A stretch of 64,000 nt of DNA. It comes from Haliotis rufescens (Eukaryota). The stretch spans positions 22,072,001 to 22,136,000 of the forward strand of contig NW_025963857.1 of assembly GCF_023055435.1 (NCBI RefSeq), read 5' to 3'. The stretch's first letter is position 1. Each line of letters opens with the position of its first letter. Both the position numbers and the translations under genes were made by a program. This document shows, one piece after another, positions 12,872-24,167 of the stretch. The notes below the pieces were generated by a model. It did no database searches and was not told where the DNA came from. It was given only the letters and a program-made list of their open reading frames with translations.

Positions 12872-14501
12872 GTGCTGCAAATAACATTTATCAAGGTTGG
12901 AAATTGTTTCAATATTGATCATAGGAGATGAAAAACAAATTGAGGATAATATGTTAATCAATCATTATATTGGAACAGGCACTTTTAGCATGTTCAGTTT
13001 CAATCACTTAAATCAAAATAAATAAAACAAGTTTTTTAAAATAACATATTGCAATACACTGCTGGCTATGCAACACAAACAACTATGTGGAAATATGGCA
13101 ATAGCTAAAGATGTTCAATGTTTTTCATATTTAAAGGAATTTAGGTCACAGACTTCATGATTGATGGCTTGGTGGGAAATTGCAGAGGTACATTTCACAA
13201 AAGCAAAATAATACAAGCATAAAAAACTACTTTTAGCCACTGCCAATGTGTGATATTTGATTCAATAAGGTGCTTCTTTGGGTATGCGAAAGTTATCAAT
13301 ATGTTATTGTCATATAGAAAACTCACTTCACAAAACATACAAAAGTTTGAAAGAACTTGAATGCTCACTAGTTACAAAGTCCATACAAAAGCAACTTATG
13401 ACTTAATTTTTTTCAAAAGTATATTCATACAAACATTATGAATGTATGTTACTATTTGTGTCTTTCTTCATGCAAATTAATACTTTTTTGAGGGGGAAAA
13501 AATGTAAAAACAGGCCAAACTGAATTTCTACACAGAGTTATGGGAATTGAATTGCCGCGTGGGCAAGAGACCACCCTAACTGTTTACGTTTCCATATTTT
13601 GAAAAGAATATATGAATATTTGACAAAATCACTTATAAATGATGCCGATTATCTGGAATTGTTTTGAAGACATGATATATAGCCTTTGAGTGCAAGCTTG
13701 CATGGAACAAACTTGCATTCTTAGATAATCTAAGTCATTTATTTACTGTACTAAGTGGTAGAAACGAGTCATGAGTCCTTATAACAGAGCAAAACCCTAA
13801 TAGTAGTTTGTTGGTTTGTTGTTTTACGCCACACACAGCAGTCTGTAAATAATCAAGTCTGGACCAAACAATCCAGTGATTGATATCATGAGCATCAATC
13901 CACGCAATATTGGGATCGATGACATGCTCCAACCAAGTCATAGATTCTGACCACCTGATCCCGTTAGTCGCCTCTTACAAGCATAGTCGCCGGTAAATTT
14001 GTACTAGTCCTTGTGATACCTTAACTATTGGGCTGTTTGGCAAGGACCACAGGGCTAGTGCCAATTTCTACCGCTAACCTCGGTACTAGAGTTTACTCAT
14101 GTTATTAGGACACGGTTATGATATTGTTCACATAAGGACTGCAAATTGTCAGACTCAGCTGTTTTCGAACTTTATTGGAGCGAGTTGGCTGGTTACAGTT
14201 GACAGATTCACCCAAATCACGAAGAAACATATATAAAAATATAATAGAGTCAAAGACTTTTCTGTTCATTACAGCTAACATGCATTTAAACCGACACTTT
14301 TACACGAAGGCATAAACATAAATACCGTGGAGTCACATCAACTCAAGTTCGATTTTACACATTCATATGATAGATATCGTGTAAATATCAACACAGACAA
14401 ATCGTGTTGGTATTTCTTAACATGTATGCGGTGGTAATTATGGTTAGATGTTTATGATGCTTTTGTTTTAACACGATTTCATTCAGGTATATAACACGCA
14501 C

Positions 14502-14535
14502 CTGACTCGCTACGGTTCTAGACCGGAAAAGGAAG
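14502..14535 (-). promoter_or_regulatory. RPL13: RPL13 non-coding exon 1 with 5'TOP/TCT initiator
   Basis: Minus strand reads CTTCCTTTTCCggtctagaaccgtagcgagtcag|gtgcgt: an oligopyrimidine start followed by a donor, the standard ribosomal-protein gene layout. Confidence 0.8.
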
Positions 14536-14642
14536 TTGTGAAGACCGATAGGGGGCGCAACTATTGCGGTTACTTCAAAAACTGGAATGAGTTGGAAAAA
14601 GTTTGTTTACTGTTCGATAAGCATGACAGACAAGAATCTGTG
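14536..14642. promoter_or_regulatory. Bidirectional promoter shared by RPL13 and the 5'-nucleotidase gene; probable nucleotidase 5'UTR exon ending at 14642
   Basis: GC-richer segment between the RPL13 TOP and a plus-strand donor gtg|gtgaga at 14642; the next acceptor (tttttcag, 15486) precedes the nucleotidase ATG. Confidence 0.6.
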
Positions 14643-15527
14643 GTGAGAAATAAAACACATGACAGTTAAGAAGGGCATGCGCATATCTTACACCGAGACC
14701 GTCGATTAGCTAAGTTTTCAAAAGTATTTATGTTAATTCCTAAATAACATCCAGTTAGAACATCGGTCAGAAACATCACTTTAGTGTGGAACATCACCAT
14801 GACACTGCGATATTTAGCGTTCAAGCAGGAACCGTTACAATATTTTTCTGCTGCATCTGAAAATATCCACTTACATTTGATCTTTAGAATTCTTTAAAAG
14901 TAACATGACAGTTGTCAAAAAGTATGTTCTTTCATTTTTGGCCATTTCTCAATCTCATTTCATTGAAAAATATTGTTTGGTAAGATTGGTACCTCATGAC
15001 AACACTAGTGAGTAGTTTGCACTAATAAACTCATTCACTGATGATTATTACACGAAATAAAATACAGATGGCATGGAGCTTTTTCCACAAGAGAATCTCT
15101 CATATTCAGGTTAATTAGTTGTAGGATATATATTGCTGCAGACACAATGTCAGTTTAACTTGGCCACATAACTCGGTTGTGATGAGGCTAAAATATCACC
15201 ACATAAAAACGGCTCCAAATTGGCCTCTCAAAAGTGACACAATGCTGTTTAAGCTATAACCAGCTCGTAATGCCAAGTAAATATTTTAGGCAGATCACAC
15301 AACACAAGACAACTTCTAGAACATTTCTGAATCTCTACAAGCAGTTTCTAGCTTTTGCACAACTATTCTAGATGTGTTTCAACATATCACAGACATGAAT
15401 ATCAGCCAAGTAAAAGCAACAAGAATGAGATTATTAAGTCATAAAACTGTTGCAATTATCTTAATGTTTGATTCATTATTTTTCAGATCATATTAAAGGA
15501 CCAAACATCATATGCACTTGACCCAAA

Positions 15528-15687
15528 ATGTCTTTCACAATAATCCATTTCAATGATGTGTACAACATAGAGCCTCAGTCTGACGAGCCACTAGGGGGCG
15601 CTGCTCGTTTTGCGGGATATGTGGCCATGTGTAAAGAACAGCATCCTTTAGTCCTCTTCAGTGGTGATGCCCTCAACCCATCACTCA
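15528..15687 (+). CDS. 5'-nucleotidase coding exon 1
   Basis: MSFTIIHFNDVYNIEPQSDEPLGGAARF...FSGDALNPSL; donor A|gtgagt. Confidence 0.92.
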
Positions 15688-18600
15688 GTGAGTGACTTTA
15701 ATACATTAATTGTGTAATCATGGCACGAAACTAACCCAATGTCAGGGTTTTATCTAGATATCCTCAATTGCCTATATTCGACCTCAAGTTCAGTAAAAAT
15801 TCACAAATGGATTTGAATATTTCCCAATTCATCATGTTCATGCTGTTATAACAAATGTTTTGTTTTTGTTTGTTTGTTGTTTAACGCTGCACTCAGCAAT
15901 GTTCCAGCTATATGATGGTGGTCTGTAAATAATCGTGTCTGGACCAGACAATCCAGTGACTGACATCATGAGCATTGATCCACACAATTGGGATACGATG
16001 GCATGTCAAACAAATTAATATTCATGCTTTTACAGAAGAACTCTGGTTATGTTGCAGTGAGCATCTTCTTGAAAGGAGAGCAGATGCTGCCCGTCCTGAA
16101 TGGTGTGGGAGTCAATTGTGCTGTCTATGGCAACCATGACTTTGGTAAGGAATTTTCATTATGTTTGTTTGTAATGGTGACATGGCTCAGGTCAATTGAC
16201 AGTCATAGCAAGTTTGATGGAAGTCATTAAAATTCACCTGAACCAACTTTCTCGATATTTCCGGTATGGTGAACATGGGTAGACTCCCTTGGTCAAATCT
16301 AGCTAGTCTGCCGATCATTTTGAACTAGTGGTTTATACATATAATATAACTATATTTTTGGAGAAAACAACTGGTCCGTCTGGATTTTCATCAGTTGGGG
16401 CTAACTGACTTGTGCCTTTGTCTGTCCCTGCTGGAAAGGGGTGTCAGACCATGCAACATAGTCCTATTTGATGTCCAGATCTTATATGTGTACCCCCGAT
16501 CCCCGATTCCATGTATTGCCATGCATGAGGTCCCTTGACTGAGCTATATGGAGTTATCTCCCCTAGTTTGAAAGCTCGGTAGAACCACATATTTGTCTTT
16601 ACAAACCTTGGACTCCTGGCATCAAACTGTGTACATGGGTTTCTTATAAAACCTACCTAAGTGATATGACCAAAATACTCTAAAAGAGCTACTTTAAATC
16701 TTGAAATTAATATGTGAGTGAATTAAATGCGAAAATGCAAATGGTGCTTGCTTGCATTAATTAAACTTTGCATTTATGTCTCAAAATGTCTGTTGACAAT
16801 AAGGCCGCACTGCACATATTGGACAGTGGAAATACCAGCTTGAATATAGAAACAAACAATTATCTATTCCACATCACGGTTTATTGGGCAACAGTTACAA
16901 CAAACACTAGAAATTTTCATAATGGACATCTGGTAAGTTATCATTGCTGGGGTCAAGAATTGAGTACTCCAGCAAGTCCAGACAGATGCCACCCTTGCAA
17001 CAGTGTATTTTGGAGACTGCATCAAGGGCCGATATGACCCAGTGCGTATGAATAGGCTTCATCACACTTATCCTCACATCTACAGCCTTTGTCTTTTCAT
17101 CTGCCTTCAAGTTTGTTGGCACCTTCTCAGCTTACAGAATAAAATAAACATATAATCTATGTGTTGTTTTTAGGGAAGTACTCTACTCAGCGCCAATCAG
17201 CGGTGCTATTGTTATTTGATTGAGGTAATGCTGGATTACTGGGGCTGGAGAGAAGTCACATTAATATTTTTTGCTCGGAGCCAGTAGTCGCATTAATTTG
17301 GAGATGCATTAATTTCAAGATTTACAGTATGTGTTAAAATTTGTAACCTCGCTTTGTTAGATTTATGATATCAAATGTGATGTCAGTGAATAAATGCTTG
17401 TTGATCATGACAAGGATGTCCTTTGTTTCAGATTTTGGTGTGGACCATTTAGAGGATTTTGCTGAGCAGTCATCATTTCCATGGTTACTTAGCAATGTCA
17501 AGGACAATCTGGCAGAGGAACCACTAGCATTAGGAGAAGTAGCGCACAGCTTGGTGTGGAATGACATAAAGGTAGTGTTTACCATTTATCAGATTCTTAG
17601 CCCTCTGGATACTTTTGAAAATTGTGTATTCTACCTCATGTAAATACTTTTGGAAAAATGACATTTGGTGACAGACCTGAAATGAACTTTTGGCTTGTTT
17701 AACACCTCACTCAGCAATATTCCAGCTGTATGATGATGGTCTGTAAATATGTAAGTCTGGGCCAGACAATCCAATGATTGACATTATGAGCATTGATCCC
17801 TTTGATTTAGGATACGATAACAGACCTGGAATTATTTTTTTGGGTTGTTTAAGCCCACACAAAGCAATATTCCAGCTATATGATGGCGGTCTGTAAATAA
17901 TTTAGTCTGGACCAGACAATCCAGAGATTGACATTATGAGCATCAATCCATTCAGTTGGGCAGGCCTCAAAGTTACGACTAAAACCGATGCCAACACGAC
18001 CTAAATTTCAGTTTGTCTACTGTCTAAAATTCAGAGGTAGCCAAATGACTACCTTAAAAAATTTCTTGTGGCAACTTAATTCTATTAAGTAGACACAAAA
18101 ATAAATAACAGCTGATCTTGGAAAACACGTCTGCTTATAATTGTACTTGCAAATAATTCCTCCTAAAGTCGACAATGAACCGAAATACATAAATATTAAT
18201 GTAATAAGTACTTTATTTTAGTTGACAATGCTCATTGGATAAGCAAGGATATACCTGTATGATCTAGTAACATAAATTGCATCATTGTTCGTCATGTTTG
18301 AGTCGAAAGTAACAAAAATCAAGTACAGTTTTCACTAATATACAGTTCAAAGACTAGTGCTATAACTTGTACATATTATAATAGTTATTTGATAAAAGAT
18401 AATTTCAAATGCTTTTGGCTACCTACAATATTGGCTTGACTTCTTGATTTTTCCACTGGCTACCTGGGAAAAAATACTTGTAGCCATATGGCTACTTGGT
18501 AAAAATTTTAACTTTGAGGCCTGTTGGGATACGATGACATGCAATCAAGCAAGTCAGCAAGCCTGACAACCTGATCCATTTAATCACCTCTTTCGACAAG

Positions 18601-21600
18601 CATATTCGACCTGTGCTCTTATTCATAATCACTCGTAGCAAATGGAGGGGCGGTCGGGTAGCCTTGTGGTTAAAGCGTTCGCTCGTCACGCCGAAGACCC
18701 GGGTTGGGTACAAGAATCCTGACATGGGTACAATGTGTAAAGCCCATTTCTGGTGTTCCCCGCCATGATATTGCTGGAATATTGCTAAAAGCAACGTAAA
18801 ACCAAACTCACTCACTCACTCACTCACTGTAGCAAATGGCTGCAAGATTGTTGATGTGATGTCAAGCAATAATCACTCGCTCACTTACTCGGAATACACA
18901 CAGGTTCTCGACTTAGCTACACAAATGGCAGTGTAGAGCATATGTTCATTTAACCTACCCAGCTCCTTCTACACTAAGCATGTTTAGTGCTCTAAAAGCG
19001 AGGGGCCTATGACTTAATGTTACTTGGGCGGTCGGGTAGCCTAGTGGTTAAAGCGTTTGCTCGTCACGCCGAAGACCCGGGTTCGATTCCCGACATGGGT
19101 ACAATGTGTGAAGCCCATTTCTGGTGTCCCCCGTCGTGATATTGCTGGAATATTGCTAAAAGCGGCGCAAAACCACACTCACTCACTCACCTTAATGTTA
19201 CTTAAACACTTGTATCACTTTAAACACTGATTACATTATTTCTATTTTGATAGTTGATTATTGGCTGATGTAAGGATAAGATATATGTTTATCCATACAT
19301 CGTATCCTTGCTTAGAACTCTCAACTTCTACATGCCTCTCAAACAAGACATTTTCTGATGATTATAAAGGGACATAACTCTGACCTGTTCCAGATTGGCT
19401 TTGTTGGTTTGGTGGAGGAGGAGTGGATAGAGACACTGGCGACCCTTGACCCCGAGGATGTCACATACCTAGACTTTGTCACCGAGGGTCAGAGACTCGC
19501 CAGCCTCCTAAAGAAAGAGGTGGGTGGGGGTCACAGAACATTCATCTTCCTTGGAAAACCGACCATCAACCTAAATATTAACTATCGAGTCTCATTAAGA
19601 ATAGATCTTTTATGCCAATACCATACCTCCCTGAATGTGGTGGCACGTGGTACTGTGCACAGTGCACAGGTCACAAATCAGGTGAAGTAAAGCAAGGTCA
19701 GTCGCGGAGAGCCCTTGGATGGGTGACCAAGCTTGGCTCCTGAGAGTTTTTACTATTTTAGGGCTTTGGTCCCCTCCCACACTGAAGCACATGTAACACA
19801 TGTGGCCTCTCCTTGGGCAAGGGACTTTGTTCGAAAATGTGCCTCTGTTCACCCAGCCATGAATGGGTACCCGGTAGGATGAGATGACAATGTGGTTGTT
19901 AACCTAACCTTACAGGCAGCTTGGGTTGTATACTCCCCATGGAGCTGAGAATGATTGTTGAGTGCAAACTGATCCAGTGACCGGGGTAATAATAACACTT
20001 TGAGCATGGTCCTGAGTGGTGTTGAAATACTAGCAATATAAAAAATAGCCTATTATGAATGAAAACACCACCTCCAGAGGACGTGGGTCAAGTGAACACT
20101 GAGCAAACTTTGACCATCCAATCAAAATACAGGATGTGTGGGTTCTTGAGGCAATCAGATGTCAACTTTCTAAAACAAGTCCGCTACATTTGTTTCCCAC
20201 CTCATTTTGAAGATTTAGATTTTAACAAAAGAAACACGCAGAACACAACTGTTCCTTCCTTCAATGGTCCTCTCTTTTGGGTGTAGATGCCTTGGTATTC
20301 AGAAACATCGGATGCAGCCTTTATTGTCTACATTTGCTGGTGACCCGTGAAGATCCGGGGTAGAGTAGGTCTGCAGCAACCCGTACTTGCGATAAAAGGC
20401 GACTATGCTTGTCGTAAGAGGCGACTAACGGGATCGTGTGCTCAGGCTCACTGACTTGGTTGATGCATGTCATCGTATCCCAATTGCGTGGATCGATGCT
20501 CATGATGTCAATCACTGGATTGTTTGGTCATGACTTGATTATTTACAGACTGCCGTCATATAGCTGGAATATTGCTGAGTTCGGCGTTAAACAACAAACA
20601 ACAAACAAACATAAGCTGGTCTGAATGCTTTGCTCACTTGCAGCAAACATTATAAGCCTTGACATTGCTTGGCTGATTAGAAAGTTCACCTGACATCTTC
20701 ATGCAGAGAGCCATCATATCGGAGTAAAAGATCTGATTTTACTGAGATTGTGACTAATCAAAAATCATTTAAAATAATTTTGAGGTCCTCCTGTCACAGG
20801 CTTTTAACTTTTCTTTTTGATGTATGACGTATGTCTCTGGGGCAGCAAGCATGTGTGATTTATTCTTTGAGATACGTCTACATTCAGGGAAAATGCTGTT
20901 TGACAGCACTGACATTATGAGAGTTCTGAATCGTTCTTAACCATGTCAGTTAGGATGGTTTCCATAACACTTTCTCAGGGCTGTATGTTGAACTATGAGA
21001 CACATCAGCCAATATTTCCAGAATGCATTTGATGGTCATTACTAGTCTCCATTACAAATAGTGGTGAGTGTATACTACTCAAAAGAAGTTCAGGATCACC
21101 TGATTCTTTCTATTTACTATAGTTAATCTCTCATGTCATGACAGATTAACTTCACCATTATGAAAGAATCGGGTGATCCTTAACTTCTTTTGAGTAGTAT
21201 ATGATAGCTTCTTCATATTAACTGTAAGTCATGTTAGAGCTTGCCAAAGATTATTTTATTGCGAGCGTAATCAAAGTAAACGTCAAATTGTGACAATGTC
21301 TAAGAATATTTTACATATTATTATTTGTTGTGTTATTTGTCTGTGAATCACTTTTCCAGCAAGGCTGTGACATGGTAATAGCACTGACCCACATGCGATG
21401 GCCAAATGACCGCCGGCTGGCAGAAAGTGTTCCAGATATAGACATCATCCTGGGAGGCCATGACCACGACTATGGAGTAGAGATGGTAAACACACTGCAT
21501 TGCTGAATATCCCTGGGGAGATCATGTGAGGATAGACCATCTCCATGGCCTAGTGGCCGGAGAGTGGAAGGTCCGGGGTTCGATCCCTGTACGCATCACG

Positions 21601-24123
21601 GTTACCAAAAGACGTTAAAAAATGGTTCTTGTTGTTACCCTGTCTGGTTCTCAGGATTTAGGAGCTAAAACAAGGACTGGTCGCCTTGGAGTCAGTAATA
21701 TGGTATTGCTCCCAGACCTGGCGGGTGGCTGGATGCGTGGAAGCTATGCCCAATTTTTTAAAAGTACTGATTTAATTTCGAAATTTTAATTATTGAACAA
21801 TGGGATGGTGTGAATGTTGTCCAAACTGCACGAAATTGCTTAAAATGCAATCAAATGTTTAATGTCTGGCATGCCCCCAGACCCCCCTACAGTTTTCCTC
21901 TTCTTTTTTTTAAAAGCTGCTTACATCCCTGCAGTTAACTGAACTCTCATGCCTTCGGGAAGATGTACACTATTGCTTGTTTGATTGTGTGACGTTCTTC
22001 CCCTATGAGGTGGGACGTTACTCATGGACCTGTGAAGATCCGGGTAGGGAATAGGTCTTCAGCAACTCATGCTTGCCGTAAAGAGGTGACTATGCTTGTC
22101 GTATGTGATGAAATATATAAATATACAGAAAAATCTTTGTCAGGAATTTTTTCTATCATGCTAGTTATAGCAGGGCGTGGAGTCATCCCACAGAAGACAT
22201 CCTTACCTTGTCAGCTTGCTGACGGGGTTAACCTCTTTGGTCATGTGGACAAGGTGTCCGACCTCGGATCAGAAGGTCTGTGTTTCGAATCCTATCACGG
22301 GACTCGGAAATTTTATGGCCGCTACATTGGCGCCCAACGTGGGGCTGAGCACGTTCATATTAAATTTGAGCAAAATAAGCCTGGGGTTAACCTCTTTGGT
22401 CATGTGAACAGATCAGATGAGAAGGTCCTTGGTTCGAATGCCATCACGGGACTCGGAAATTTTATGGCCGCTACACTAGCATGCAACACTCTCTGTTGTA
22501 CAGGTGAACAACACGTACATTGTGAAGAGTGGTACTGACTTCCGGAATCTCAGCAACATCAAGGTGACGAGGACAGGAGATGGGTGGGAGTTCGACATCC
22601 AGAGAGTGGATCTAGACTCTAGTATACCTGAAGATCCCCTCATGAAGGAGATTGTGGATAGTAAACTTGGTGAGTTGATAGTCGGATGAGAGTTTGAGAC
22701 ATCCAGAGAATTTATGGATGAACAACTTCTTAATTACAATTAAGAGCAATGTTTCGGTGTAGGTTCTAACACCGTCATTCAGCAAGTGATATACAGAGTG
22801 TAGTAAGCAAGTATATATACAAGTAGGAGGCAATGTTTACAGTAGAGTAGATATTGTGATACTGGAGTAGAGAAGCCTGTTATGTACACACAAGGGTAGT
22901 GATGACAATCATCGGTGAAGTCAGTGACATAAACAAAGGATGAAGCCAGTAATAAGCTGCTGCTTATATTACTGGCTTCATCCTACATTCGGACTACTTC
23001 CACATTCCTGTTGAAACCCCTGGGAATTCCCTTGCATGAATACATACAAAAGCATTGTTTCTGATCATTTAGACCCTATAATCTTGAATTCAGCTTACAT
23101 TGAGAAATGTCAGAGAGTTTGACTGCGTGACTATTTACCAATATCCTCGCTACGACCCATAGTGAACAAAACATAGAAATGCACATCCACTATTTTAGTA
23201 TTGACTCGGTCCGTGTCTAGACTGACAGTTACAGTCCACAGCAATCTATGAAATTACCTTAGTATGTATTTGTCACATCTTTATTATCACCTTTCAATGA
23301 TCGGCCAACTGATCAATGATGACTAACACATGTAACCGCCACAAGTTCATTAACAACTTCCGTAATCAATCCTGTCACGTTTATCGTGCCGGCCATATTG
23401 ACATCTTGTATTTGATGTGAATGTATTACAACTCACTGTCATTGTGACTGACTTACCTGTGTAGTTCTTAACAGACCTTTCTCACCCAAAGATGGTATTA
23501 TTTGAATGCATTTCTTGTAAACAAACTACAACAGATTTGCTTGATAAACAAGTTGAGCATACATACACTCATGGCACCTCTCTCTTTGGGGAACTATTTT
23601 ATCTCCGCGATACAGCTGGTTGTTGTATGGCTGTCAGTGTAAACAAGTCACATGTATAGATTTAGGGCGACATCCCCCGAGATATAAAAAAGTGCTATAA
23701 AAATTATAAGAATTAACTTTCATATTTGTGTGAGTTCATTGGGAGTAGGAGCCTTCATATAGTGAGGGCCACAGATTGTATGACTGTCGTCGCATGCGCC
23801 GACGTTCATACAGTGTGGCCATCAGTCTTTGAAGATTCATACTCCAAAGTGAAAGTCAATTCTTAATTAAACCTCCCGCTTTGGATGCTCTATTGAAAAT
23901 AATTCTATTGCCACTTAATCAGCCTTGTGGTTTAAGTGTTCGCTCGCCATACCTAAGATCAGGGTTTGTTTCCCACATGGGTACAATGTGTGAAGACCAT
24001 TTCTGGTGTCCCCCACCATGATATTGCTGGATTATTGCTAAAAGTGGCATCAAAACTAACTAACAAACGAACGAACGAACGAACGAACGAACGACTGACG
24101 AACGAACGAACGAACGAACGAAG

Positions 24124-24167
<44 letters not shown>

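Noticed and set aside
19026-19100. tRNA-Asp-like sequences (here and in other family-B copies)
   Set aside because: Each is followed by a conserved SINE body and microsatellite tail; they are SINE heads, not tRNA genes.
22005-22538. 177-aa ORF running into nucleotidase exon 6
   Set aside because: It is a chance read-through of a SINE head and the TRIM, out of frame with the exon.
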